NCBI GenBank assembly: GCA_964457285.1
Contig: CAYWGG010000002.1
Coordinates: 7,542 to 47,013, forward strand
DNA: 39,472 nt
Origin: an uncultured Dehalococcoidia bacterium
GTDB lineage: Bacteria > Chloroflexota > Dehalococcoidia > Lucifugimonadales > JAGWBF01
Direction: 5' to 3'
Positions 25,479 to 34,643 of this stretch are shown piece by piece; positions within the stretch are counted from its first letter, which is position 1; every line of letters begins with the position of its first letter. Below the pieces are notes generated by a model. It worked only from the letters and a program-made list of their open reading frames with translations. It was not told the DNA's origin and searched no databases. Both the position numbers and the translations under genes were made by a program.

Positions 25479-27338
25479 TTACTTCTTTACTGCCTTGAGC
25501 AGGTACAGGTATTGGGTGGCCTGCGCATTGCCGGGGAAAATCCAATCAGCGATTATCTTGGGGTCGGCTATATAGGCTTGTCTGAACCAGAACAATGGTG
25601 CCTCTATATAGTTGTCGAAGAAGTAGTTTCCGACCTCCCTGAACAGATCATCCCGCGTCTTCGGGTCACCTATGCCCTCCAGCGTCTTGACGTATGCATC
25701 CACCTTGTCGTCCTCATAGTGGTGGATGAAGCTGGCGCTGGTGTAGGCGACGGTCAGCCAGTACTCCTGGGGGAAGAAGCCAATGAGATTGACCCAGACC
25801 CAGTTGATGGTATCCCTGGCCACCCACTTCTGCACCGCTGTGCCCGAGTCCATGTCAACCAGCTCGCACTGAATGCCCACCTTGGCCCAGTAGAGGGTGC
25901 ACACCGCCTCCATTATCTGGGGAGTCTCCGCCTCGCCCGGGGAGGCATAGGACATGGCCTTCAACTTGATAGGATTGTCAGGGCCGTAGCCCGCCTCCCT
26001 CAGCAACTGCTTGGCCCCTTCAGGGTTGAATTTGTAGGCCGTCTTGTACCGCTCAGGCCAGGCAGGGTCCCATCCCGGCTGGGCTGGGTGGTAGTTGCCC
26101 ACGTACATTATCTCGCTGATGCCAGGGTAAAGGAATTCCTGCATCTCCTCCCGGTTGATGGCCATGTTCATGGCCTTGCGCACCCGCACGTCGTTCATAG
26201 GCTGTTTAGGGTCGAACGCAGCCTTTGATTTGGGGTCGCTGCTGAAGTGCATCCCTCCAAAGAGGAGGAACACATTCCGGGATGTGTACTGGGAGTATAG
26301 GGGCAAATATTTCTTCCCCCGGGCGTCCGCTTGCAGGTCAAGGGGCAAGTCGGTGACGTGAATCTCCCCCGCCAGTAGGGCAGCGTACCGTGCGGCGTCC
26401 TCAGGTATCCAGGGAATCTCGAACTCAGGGAAGTCTGGGTCCCGGCTCTTCCAGTCCTTCTCGGGCTTCTTCTCCAGGATGATGGACTGGCCCAGCTTCC
26501 GCTCCTTGTACTTGTAGGGGCCGGTGCCCTGTATGCCGTCCTTGTCCAGCCCGTCAATCCCTTTCGCCCCGAAGTGGGCCGAGCTCTCCATAGCCAACTC
26601 GTTGGAGTTGGTGCTCCATACGAAATCCCCCCAACCAAAGGCGCGTGGCTTACCCTTTGCGTCATGGAAGGTTACATTCACGGTGTAGTCGTCCACTATC
26701 TCTACGATCTGGTCTATGGGCACAACCCTCTTTTTCTCAACCACTGCGCCAGCCAGGTATACGCAAGTGGACAGCCGCGTGTCGGGACGGCAGAGCCGCT
26801 CCACGTTATATTTCACGTCCTTGGCAGTGAACTCTCCCCAGTTGTTGTGGAACTGGACCCCTTTGCGCAGGTGGAAAGTCCACACGCTCCCGTCGCTGCT
26901 GGTCTCCCAGCTAGTGGCCAGCTCGGGCACTGCTTGGGCCGTGTACGGGTCTATGCCGATGAGGTTGTCCACCATAGGGGCATACTGTACGTACGGCTGC
27001 CTGGTGCCCTGCCAGCTGCGGTTGGTCTCATTCTCCGGGCTGGCTATAGCATAGCGCACCCGGTTCACCGCGGGCACACCTGCTTTAGGGGCAAGGGTAG
27101 GTGTGGGTACGGGGACAGGAGCAGCCTGAGTTGGGGGAGGAGTGAGAGTCTTAAAGGCAGGCGGCACCGGAGCCAGAGTAGGAGTGGAAGTAGGCTCTAC
27201 CCGGATAGGCACACTGGTAGGGGTGGGGGCAGGCGCGGGAGTGGCTTCTCCGCCCCCGCAGCCTATGATGACTACCAGAGCCAACACCAACGTTGTGACA
27301 AATATCGCCTCGGGTTTTCTGAACCAGTTACGGGCCAT
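25479..27338 (-). CDS. ABC transporter substrate-binding lipoprotein, family 5 (peptide/nickel type), orphan
   Basis: Signal peptide plus lipobox (VVIIGC-GGGE), a Pro/Thr/Ala tether of about 75 aa, then an SBP_bac_5-like body. The ATG at 27338 is preferred over GTG 27359. No permease gene is adjacent. Confidence 0.85.
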   Translation of the reverse strand: MARNWFRKPEAIFVTTLVLALVVIIGCGGGEATPAPAPTPTSVPIRVEPTSTPTLAPVPPAFKTLTPPPTQAAPVPVPTPTLAPKAGVPAVNRVRYAIASPENETNRSWQGTRQPYVQYAPMVDNLIGIDPYTAQAVPELATSWETSSDGSVWTFHLRKGVQFHNNWGEFTAKDVKYNVERLCRPDTRLSTCVYLAGAVVEKKRVVPIDQIVEIVDDYTVNVTFHDAKGKPRAFGWGDFVWSTNSNELAMESSAHFGAKGIDGLDKDGIQGTGPYKYKERKLGQSIILEKKPEKDWKSRDPDFPEFEIPWIPEDAARYAALLAGEIHVTDLPLDLQADARGKKYLPLYSQYTSRNVFLLFGGMHFSSDPKSKAAFDPKQPMNDVRVRKAMNMAINREEMQEFLYPGISEIMYVGNYHPAQPGWDPAWPERYKTAYKFNPEGAKQLLREAGYGPDNPIKLKAMSYASPGEAETPQIMEAVCTLYWAKVGIQCELVDMDSGTAVQKWVARDTINWVWVNLIGFFPQEYWLTVAYTSASFIHHYEDDKVDAYVKTLEGIGDPKTRDDLFREVGNYFFDNYIEAPLFWFRQAYIADPKIIADWIFPGNAQATQYLYLLKAVKK

Positions 27339-27635
27339 TGTGTGTAACCCCCTTTGCACTGTTTAAACTCATGAATCGCTGTCTCGGCTTGAGAAACCAT
27401 TTGTATGCCATGAAAGCACTTCCTCACCTCACACTCTTAGCTCCAGACACGTGCATCAACGCCAACCTGATTGTATTGTTTTCACACCTATACTGTAGTT
27501 CGCCGGCCGCCCCTACACACATCAAGTGGGAAGGCACAAAACCCTCCCTTTAGGAACGAGAGATTGGAGGATTTTTGACAAGGGCCCGGGTCGGCCACCC
27601 GGTAGGGGAGCGTGGCCATGCGCCCCCACCTCTAT

Positions 27636-28409
27636 TTATGTCCTCACTAGCTGGCTCACCCTTGCCAGGAATGGGGTGACGTGGGGAAGTACCAGGTCAA
27701 GTTGCATGGCTTGGCCGTGGTCACAGCCAGGCAAGGAAAAAAAGGTCACGTTGGGCATGTGTTTGACGCACTCTTCGACGCCGTGATAACCGACATCGGC
27801 ATCGCCAGCAAACACCAGACAGGGCATAGTCATCGTTGGCAGCACATCCTCAAACCACGCCTCGTCTCTAAGCGCCATCGTTGCGGCGATGAGGGCCTCG
27901 GGGTCGTTGGACAGCATCCGAGCCTTCCTTTCGGGCGTCATTCGACCTAGCCTCTGCTCCATGAAGGCAACTTCAGCTTCCATCCCCTTTCTAAGCGCCT
28001 CAACCTGTTGGTCCATTCTCTGAGGGTCTGGTTTATATGGGCTTGCACCGCCTAAAATCAAAGAGTGGAAGCGCGAGGGGGCATACTTGGCGACACCAAA
28101 TCCTATCAGCCCGCCCATTGAGTAGCCGAAGTAGTGGGCCCTGCCGATGTTGAGGTGGTCCATCACGGCGGTAATGTCTCTTACTATCAGCCTCATCCCG
28201 TAGGCTTTGGGGTCATGAGGCTTGGCACTAGCGCCGCGCCCCCTGGCATCCAGCAGTATGAGCCGGTAGTCATTCTTCAGCGCCTCCACATACCCGGATT
28301 CGCGCCACATCTGCAGGCTAGTATGGAACCCGTGCTGGAGCACCAGCGGCGGCCCATCTCCTTCTACCTCGTAGTGTATCCGGACTCCCTGGTTTACAAC
28401 GTCTGGCAT
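27636..28409 (-). CDS. alpha/beta-fold hydrolase
   Basis: 258 aa from the ATG at 28409 (MPDVVNQGVRIHYEVEGDGPPLVLQHGF). Nucleophile elbow GYSMGG. The ORF track extends to 28568, but that part overlaps the NHL gene 3' end. Confidence 0.85.
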   Translation of the reverse strand: MPDVVNQGVRIHYEVEGDGPPLVLQHGFHTSLQMWRESGYVEALKNDYRLILLDARGRGASAKPHDPKAYGMRLIVRDITAVMDHLNIGRAHYFGYSMGGLIGFGVAKYAPSRFHSLILGGASPYKPDPQRMDQQVEALRKGMEAEVAFMEQRLGRMTPERKARMLSNDPEALIAATMALRDEAWFEDVLPTMTMPCLVFAGDADVGYHGVEECVKHMPNVTFFSLPGCDHGQAMQLDLVLPHVTPFLARVSQLVRT

Positions 28410-28439
28410 AATTATAACCTCAGATGAAGTACATTTGGG

Positions 28440-28467
28440 GGCGTCCTGGCCGGCTAGCCAGGACGCC
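28440..28467 (-). terminator. perfect 10-bp GC-rich hairpin between the NHL gene and the hydrolase gene
   Basis: ggcgtcctgg-ccggctag-ccaggacgcc. There is no U-run on the minus strand, so its function is uncertain. Confidence 0.35.
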
Positions 28468-28501
28468 CTGAGATTCCCCGCTTTTCCAGTGTCAAAGTTA
28501 C

Positions 28502-29539
28502 TTAGAGGCGGCCACCATAGAACATGGGAGTGAGCTTGCGGTAAACCTGGACGCGGGGCTTCCCACATTCGACCACAAAGACCCGGTTCGCATCATCAAC
28601 TTCGACCGCTGTCGGCCCGTAGAACTGCTTTTCACGTTCCAGTCCCTGGGCTATCTCCCGTCCTTGCGCATACTCTGGCTGGACCTCCAGGACTCTCTTC
28701 CCCCACTGGGAGAGAGTAGCGTCGCCAGTCAGCTTGGTGATAAATCTGCCATCGGCGCTGAACACCTGAAGGCGGTCGTTGCCCCAGTCGGTCACGTAAA
28801 TAATCCCATCCTTATCAACAGCGACACTGGTGGGCCGATTGAACTCCCCGTCACCCTTCCCAGAAGCGCCAAACGTCATCAGAAATTGGCCATCTGGGGT
28901 GAATTTTTGAATGCGGTCATTGCGCCAGTCGGCCACGTACACATCCCCATTTTTGTCAATATCTATACCCCAGGGCATGTTGAACTCGCCATCACCGCTG
29001 CCGCTCTCGCCCCATTTGGTGGACAGGAACCTGCCATCCTTGGTGAACACCTGAATACGGTTGTTCAGGCTGTCCACCATGTAGAGGTTATCATCCTTAT
29101 CGAAGGCCATCCCGGATGGGCGGTGAATCTCTCCATCACCGTCGCCAGGCGTCCCCCATTTGCCTATCCATTCCCCATCCTTGGTGAATATGGAGATTCG
29201 GTTGAGCCACTCATCGGCCACGTAGACATTACCTTCCTTATCAAGGGCTATGGAGGTGGGCCACATGAAGGAGCCATCGGGGGGGGCGGATGAGATTGCC
29301 TCTTCAGCGCTCATAACTTTGCCGAACTGCGAGATGTATTCTTCTCCTACCGTGCAGATGGTAACCCGCTTGTTTGGAGTCAACACCGTGGTCTCCAAGC
29401 CACGGCTTAGCACATACATCCGATCTCCTTCGCCCCGGGCCATAGCCACAGGATTAGAGAACCCGTCACCTCCCCGGATCTCGAGACGGCCGATGGTATG
29501 GCTGTAATGGAGTGTTGTAGTTATAATCTGGGTAGCCAT
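28502..29539 (-). CDS. NHL-repeat six-bladed beta-propeller protein, no signal peptide
   Basis: Repeated blades: NRISIFTKDGEW, NRIQVFTKDGRF, DRIQKFTPDGQF, DRLQVFSADGRF, each followed by a GDGEF..P motif. The ATG at 29539 lies behind GAGGTG. Confidence 0.85.
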   Translation of the reverse strand: MATQIITTTLHYSHTIGRLEIRGGDGFSNPVAMARGEGDRMYVLSRGLETTVLTPNKRVTICTVGEEYISQFGKVMSAEEAISSAPPDGSFMWPTSIALDKEGNVYVADEWLNRISIFTKDGEWIGKWGTPGDGDGEIHRPSGMAFDKDDNLYMVDSLNNRIQVFTKDGRFLSTKWGESGSGDGEFNMPWGIDIDKNGDVYVADWRNDRIQKFTPDGQFLMTFGASGKGDGEFNRPTSVAVDKDGIIYVTDWGNDRLQVFSADGRFITKLTGDATLSQWGKRVLEVQPEYAQGREIAQGLEREKQFYGPTAVEVDDANRVFVVECGKPRVQVYRKLTPMFYGGRL

Positions 29540-29596
29540 TTTCACCTCACAGATTTTCTGCTATCAACCATCAGCGCTCAGCCTCTAAGGTAGCCT

Positions 29597-29619
29597 CCAG
29601 CCTGCCTACGGCAGGCTGG
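29597..29619. repeat. 10-bp hairpin ccagcctgcc-tac-ggcaggctgg in the DUF1501/NHL spacer
   Basis: Perfect inverted repeat flanked by gctatca../..gctgacagct motifs reminiscent of repeat family A. Confidence 0.5.
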
Positions 29620-29672
29620 CCATGCTCCCTAGATGACCGAACGCTGACAGCTAACCACTTTTAAGACAGTTT

Positions 29673-30806
29673 CTAGATGAAGTCAAGCTGCTCGAAGGAG
29701 CCTCCAACTATGGGCTTGGAGTCCAGACCCATCCACCTTTCCATCAGGGTGGCGTATGTGCCTCGGAAGTCGTTGTTGTAACGGAGGTCGCCTTCCGTCA
29801 GCTTATCAGGCTCAATGGAAGGATACTCTCCGTACAGACCACCCTTTACCGCATCGCCTATCACAAAGGCCATTCCACCCGAGCCGTGGTCCGTCCCTGA
29901 GCCGTTCTCATTCACCCGCCTGCCAAACTCGGTGAACATAAAGATCACCACGTTCTCGCTGGCGTTGTGCTCCTTCAGGTCCTGGTAGAAGTCGCTTACG
30001 GCGTTGGACACCTCGGTCCACAGTCGGGGGAAGGTCAATAGCTGGTTGGCGTGGGTATCGAAAGTACCAGGGTTGAGGCCGGTGTGCAGGATCCTGGTCC
30101 CCAGGTCCGCCAGATGCACCTGGGCGACGTTCCTCATATATTGTGCCAGGGGGTCTTTACCGTATTCCACTGTGGAGGAGTACTTCTGGGGTGCAGTGCT
30201 GAGAATGTCGGCCCCTTTCAAAGCATCCGAACCTGTCAGGGACACGTATTCCTTCACCAGGCTCGTACCTATCATGGGAGCGTACATTCTGCCGAACACC
30301 TCCAGGGCTCCATCCCTCTGGTCCTGTCCCTTGATTCCTGTCATCACTCCATATGTCTCCAGGTTGCCCACCGAGGCCACAGACACTCCAGCCAAAGCAA
30401 GGGACCTGGGGAGGCCACGGCCAAAGTTCACCCCAGTCAGCACGTTCTCCTTATGGGGGTCCAGCTCCCGGATGGCTCGGCCAAGCCAGCCCTCGGTGCC
30501 CACCTTCTCGGGCTCGGCAGTATGCCAGATGTCCATGGACCGGAAGTGGGAGCGAATGGGGTTGGGATAACCTATGCCCTGAATGACGGCTACCCTCCCC
30601 TGGTCGTATAGCTCCTTTATCGGTCCCATGGTCGGGTGGAACCCAATTCTATCATTGATGGGCAGGACCTTCTCTGGATCAATTTTCTGCACCGGCCTGT
30701 AGTCCATATACAGGGGGTCGGCGTAGGGGACTATGGTGCTCAGGGCGTCGTAGCCCCCCGATAACTGAAGTACCACCAGCACTGGGTTTTTCTGGCTAGA
30801 AGTCAT
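29673..30806 (-). CDS. DUF1501 domain protein (sulfatase/alkaline-phosphatase-like fold), no Tat or Sec signal
   Basis: 377 aa, with PVLVVLQLSGGYDALSTIVPY, GIGYPNPIRSHFRSMDIWHTA, and C-terminal DHGSGG...VKGGLYGEYP...DFRGTYATL. Strong GGAGGAAA SD. Confidence 0.8.
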   Translation of the reverse strand: MTSSQKNPVLVVLQLSGGYDALSTIVPYADPLYMDYRPVQKIDPEKVLPINDRIGFHPTMGPIKELYDQGRVAVIQGIGYPNPIRSHFRSMDIWHTAEPEKVGTEGWLGRAIRELDPHKENVLTGVNFGRGLPRSLALAGVSVASVGNLETYGVMTGIKGQDQRDGALEVFGRMYAPMIGTSLVKEYVSLTGSDALKGADILSTAPQKYSSTVEYGKDPLAQYMRNVAQVHLADLGTRILHTGLNPGTFDTHANQLLTFPRLWTEVSNAVSDFYQDLKEHNASENVVIFMFTEFGRRVNENGSGTDHGSGGMAFVIGDAVKGGLYGEYPSIEPDKLTEGDLRYNNDFRGTYATLMERWMGLDSKPIVGGSFEQLDFI

Positions 30807-30878
30807 GATTTCCTCCTCTAAATTAGCTATTATCCCTCAACTTCCTGATTGGCAAGTCCCGAAATCTGAATGCTCGGG

Positions 30879-32282
30879 CTAGGCCATTAGATACTCTTGA
30901 GTAGCTACTATCAACTGGAGCGTCTGCCCAACCCTTTGGGCGAACTCCTCAGTATTGGTGCGCAACTCACCCCCCTTCTGAACATAAGCCACCAGCATAC
31001 TGTGGGTCTCATCGGGTAGCTCATAATGCCCCAGCATCTGGAGGCAGCGGTCCACCAGGCCCTCAGGGGAGATAGTGGGCCCCTCAGAAGCCAGTCTTTT
31101 AATGATAGACCGGATACCCGGGAGGTTTACGTTGCCCACCTGGTCACCGACGAAGTTAATCCGCTCTACCAGGGTCCCACCGTCTATCCACTCCTTGCCC
31201 GTATGCCAGCCCTCCACGGAGGGTGGGTTCGTCAACTCCTGCCCCATGTACACCATTTCCATGAACACGGTAGCAAAGCCAGGTCTGGGAGATGTCCAGT
31301 CGCCTACCAGGCGCATGGTGCCTACCACCGCCTCCGCAGGGCTCTTCACCTTGGCAAAGCGGGTGTTCTTGAAGGCGTCGGAGTTGAACAGCACCCGCAG
31401 CATGGAGCGGATGTCGTAACCTGACCGGAAGTACTCTTCCTCCAGCATCTTGATGGTCTCTGGGTCCTGGGGAGGGATGTCCTTCCAGGATGGGACCTGA
31501 ACTTCATCGGCGACGAAGAAATTGTACAGGTGACGCGAAAGGAAGCGGGCCGTGGCTGGCTGTTTGACAATGATGTCAATGACATCCTCACCATTGAAGC
31601 GTCCCGTCTCACCCAGAAAGGTCTTCACTCCGTCGTCGTGGTCGTCCGGGTTGTAGACGAACTGTGCCTCATAGCGGCCGTAGGGGAGCACAGGAATGGA
31701 GTTGGCGATGGTCCAGCCGGTGAAGGCACGGGCGCACTCTTTCACGTCATCCTCGGTGTAGTTGAATCGCCCGTCCATGCCCACGCCCATTGAGAACAAC
31801 TCCAGCAACTCCCGGCCGTAGTTCTCGTTGATAGCGCCCTTGTGGCTCAAGCAGTTGTCCAGGTAGTAGACCATAGCCGGGTCTTTGGAAATCTCTACCA
31901 GAAGCTCCCTGAAGCTCCCCAAGCCACAGCGGCAGAACATATGGTACTCCATCCGCTGTGTGATCTGGTTCTCACACTTGCTGTTACTGGTGCACAGGAT
32001 GCCATGCCAGAAGAGGGCCATCTTCTCCTGGAGCTGGCGCTTGGAGTTGATCATACGCCATGCCGTGTAGGCTGGACCGCTATTAAGGAAACTCTTCCAA
32101 TCTGCGAAGTACCGTTCCAGCACGTCCATTTCTAGGCCATCAGGCCACTCTTCGGGATACAGGAGTTCCTCCACCGTCGCCTCGTATCCCTTCGCCGCCC
32201 GGGCCTCTAGCTCCTCATACGGTGCTCCGAATCCGGCACGCCGCATCAGGTGAGCCATCAAAGCTATATCTCTTTCTGCCAT
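30879..32282 (-). CDS. DUF1800 domain protein
   Basis: 467 aa. The N-terminus IALMAHLMRRAGFGAPYEELEA is typical of DUF1800. It is the usual upstream partner of DUF1501. AGGAGGAG SD. Confidence 0.75.
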   Translation of the reverse strand: MAERDIALMAHLMRRAGFGAPYEELEARAAKGYEATVEELLYPEEWPDGLEMDVLERYFADWKSFLNSGPAYTAWRMINSKRQLQEKMALFWHGILCTSNSKCENQITQRMEYHMFCRCGLGSFRELLVEISKDPAMVYYLDNCLSHKGAINENYGRELLELFSMGVGMDGRFNYTEDDVKECARAFTGWTIANSIPVLPYGRYEAQFVYNPDDHDDGVKTFLGETGRFNGEDVIDIIVKQPATARFLSRHLYNFFVADEVQVPSWKDIPPQDPETIKMLEEEYFRSGYDIRSMLRVLFNSDAFKNTRFAKVKSPAEAVVGTMRLVGDWTSPRPGFATVFMEMVYMGQELTNPPSVEGWHTGKEWIDGGTLVERINFVGDQVGNVNLPGIRSIIKRLASEGPTISPEGLVDRCLQMLGHYELPDETHSMLVAYVQKGGELRTNTEEFAQRVGQTLQLIVATQEYLMA

Positions 32283-32456
32283 CCTTATCTCCTCCTCTTT
32301 CGATCCTCACCCGGCTCTTGGGTCGGGTGCATCGTCCGTTATCACCATGACACGCTTGTATTCTAGTGATACCGCCAGCAGGGAAATTAGATTACCCCCA
32401 GTCATAGCCTCTAGAACAGGTAAGCTACTCACATGTCATACTGATTATCACCTAAG

Positions 32457-32485
32457 ATACTACTCTTTTCCAGCTCTCTGGTCAA
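32457..32485 (-). promoter_or_regulatory. sigma-70-type promoter for the DUF1800 transcription unit
   Basis: Minus strand TTGACC (32480-32485), 17 nt, TAGTAT (32457-32462). This predicts a leader of about 165 nt. Confidence 0.45.
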
Positions 32486-32536
32486 TGGTGACGAACAGTG
32501 TTTAGCTTACGTCCAAGATTTTTGAGACCGGTTCAT

Positions 32537-34522
32537 CTAATCGTTATCAGCAAGCTGAGGCTCCCTGACTCGGCTCTGGAGCAGATCGTAGAGTTGAGAT
32601 GCCCGCTCTACTACTGTTTCCAGGTCCTCCTCCAGCAAGTATCCCTGGTCTACCAAGACATGGGCGGCCTGCTTGACCTGCTCCAGATAATCCTCCTTTG
32701 AGGTATAGCGTTCTTCGATGGAGCGACGGGGGTCGCCCGACGCCTCCCGGTCAGCTCTTGTAGCCGGGAACGGGATAGTCGAGCCGGCTAGAGGCGTCAT
32801 CTGCCCAGGCCCGCCATTATCGGGATGGCGCAGGTTCCAGCCGGTGTTGGTCGCCAGAGGCACAGTGACATCCGGCAAGCGGACCCCACAAACCTCATTC
32901 CCATCATCGTCTACACCTGGTACGTAGCTCGGGTAAGCCTTGCCCATCACAGGGGGTATCTCAGTAACTATCCCTTCATCAGCCTCTGGCCCAAAGTCCA
33001 TCCTGTAGACTCGTCGCAAATGCTCAGGGAAATTCACTCCAGGAATGGCACGGAAGGTGGCTCCGATACTCTCCGGCGGGACTGTCGTGCCCTCATCCAG
33101 GCGGGGATGGCAGCTAGGTGGAGGCTCTTCCCCCGCACTCACCCAGCGGTCCAGGCTCACCAGGGCAGCCCGAAGCAGGGGTCGGTAATCCACAGAGTTG
33201 CCCGGCTGCTGCCCGCGAGGAAAAGCGCTCAGATTTACGTCGGTCATCACCATCCTGCCAGGGACGTGTGCGTTCCCCGCGTAGTGGTAGATGCGGACCG
33301 AATCTGAGGTGGATAGGTCACGCCTTCCGTCCACGGTAGTGTGGACCAACGCAGCACTGCCCCACCAGTACTCCGCCGAGGTGTTGATGAAGAAAATCTT
33401 GGGCACCTTGCCCTTGGCGGCCAGCCGGGCCAGCAGCCCGTCGGTGCGGCCGGTTTCGGGATCGGTCTGCACCGTGTCGTGGAAGGGGAACTGGCCACCC
33501 ACACCTGCCTTCGGCCCAGGGGACGGTTGTCCAAACCGCTGGTTGATGAACCCACCGCGGCCACCGCCAGCCACCAGAGGGATAAGCCCGTCGAACACAG
33601 TCCGGTCCTGCTCGTCCTGGTTCAGTCCCAGGTAAAGGAACTGACGGAGGAAAATGCCGCTCTGCGACCGGCCAAAGCCATAGGCATACTTTGTATCTCC
33701 GGCACACGGGTTCCCTTGCCGGGCTGAGCCATACCTCAAGAACGACACCAGGTCCCGTGGAGCCAGCAACCCCATGCCGACCACAGGGGCACCAGTGGTA
33801 GTGTAGATAACCTCGTATATCTTACCAGGTTCGAACCCCGACTCCATGTAAATGTGCGAGACATCAGGTACTACACGCCCACCTTCCAGCCGGGCGAAGG
33901 ACCACCGAGATCGTGGAACGGTCCGGGGAAGAGCACTCTCATGGTCTCGCACGATGAGGACCGCTTGAGGGTCGTTAATGTCGCTGGCTGGATGGGGCTG
34001 GTGCATCCGGTCGGAGAGGGTATTCACTTGAATGCGAGTATGGGGCTGGAAGGCCACCCCGATCTTCCCGGATATGGGGTTCCCTTCTTCGGATACAGCC
34101 TCTGGGACATTTATGCGCGAAATCCCTGCCGCATCAGGCACATCATACTGCCAGCCACACCACACTACCGTGTACCCCTCGCGCATCAGGAAGCCATTAC
34201 CTGGTTCCAGGCGACTTGTTCCACTGTTAATATTCGTCAGCGCCGTGGGATTGCCCCGGTTTACCACATCAAACAAAATGCGGTGACTCCCCTGCTGGGG
34301 CGAGGCTGGCTGGAGGATGAGGAAGTCTGCTGAGCAATGCACCAGGCCGTTAGCATCCCGTGGGGCGCGGTTCAGGTCAGTGATAACGGCATTGCTGAGA
34401 TGATGGGGGTCTACGGCCATGTGAACGGTGCCTTCCAGTTGCTGGTAGGGACCGACCCGGCCAAAAGCTATCCCCTGGGCATAGGGAGACCGTCTCTTGA
34501 TCTCCAGTGATGTTACCGCCAT
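32537..34522 (-). CDS. uncharacterised 661-aa protein, probable alpha/beta-hydrolase-domain family
   Basis: The N-terminal pattern GPYQQLEGTVHMAVDP...ITDLNRAPRDANGLVHCSADFLILQP...FDVVNRGN...GYTVVWCGWQYDV resembles an uncharacterised hydrolase-domain family, from memory only. GGAGG SD. No signal peptide. Confidence 0.4.
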   Translation of the reverse strand: MAVTSLEIKRRSPYAQGIAFGRVGPYQQLEGTVHMAVDPHHLSNAVITDLNRAPRDANGLVHCSADFLILQPASPQQGSHRILFDVVNRGNPTALTNINSGTSRLEPGNGFLMREGYTVVWCGWQYDVPDAAGISRINVPEAVSEEGNPISGKIGVAFQPHTRIQVNTLSDRMHQPHPASDINDPQAVLIVRDHESALPRTVPRSRWSFARLEGGRVVPDVSHIYMESGFEPGKIYEVIYTTTGAPVVGMGLLAPRDLVSFLRYGSARQGNPCAGDTKYAYGFGRSQSGIFLRQFLYLGLNQDEQDRTVFDGLIPLVAGGGRGGFINQRFGQPSPGPKAGVGGQFPFHDTVQTDPETGRTDGLLARLAAKGKVPKIFFINTSAEYWWGSAALVHTTVDGRRDLSTSDSVRIYHYAGNAHVPGRMVMTDVNLSAFPRGQQPGNSVDYRPLLRAALVSLDRWVSAGEEPPPSCHPRLDEGTTVPPESIGATFRAIPGVNFPEHLRRVYRMDFGPEADEGIVTEIPPVMGKAYPSYVPGVDDDGNEVCGVRLPDVTVPLATNTGWNLRHPDNGGPGQMTPLAGSTIPFPATRADREASGDPRRSIEERYTSKEDYLEQVKQAAHVLVDQGYLLEEDLETVVERASQLYDLLQSRVREPQLADND

Positions 34523-34643
34523 GTAATACCTCCATTAAAATTCAAAGCGTGTCTGGTCTATGAGCCAACAGAGCTTTCCATATCCATTCAGGTGCATAGA
34601 AAAAGGCTTCACACTGCTCAAGAATTTGGGGGCAGCTAGTTCC

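Noticed and set aside
25338-26228. 296-aa plus-strand ORF, with similar long antisense ORFs at 26574-27347, 21008-21553, 21834-22508, 28664-29293, 7442-8026 and 5728-6210
   Set aside because: Each lies entirely antisense to, or out of frame within, a gene with clear family motifs. Their translations are Arg/Gly/Pro/His-rich low-complexity sequence, typical of shadow ORFs in GC-rich DNA. None has a convincing SD.
27360-27635. Possible riboswitch or leader in the 276-nt region upstream of the orphan SBP gene
   Set aside because: I recognise no known riboswitch core motif. Only short hairpins (ccgggt/acccgg and ggccac/gtggcc near 27586-27625) are present, and these are better explained as the 3' structure of the upstream hydrolase gene.
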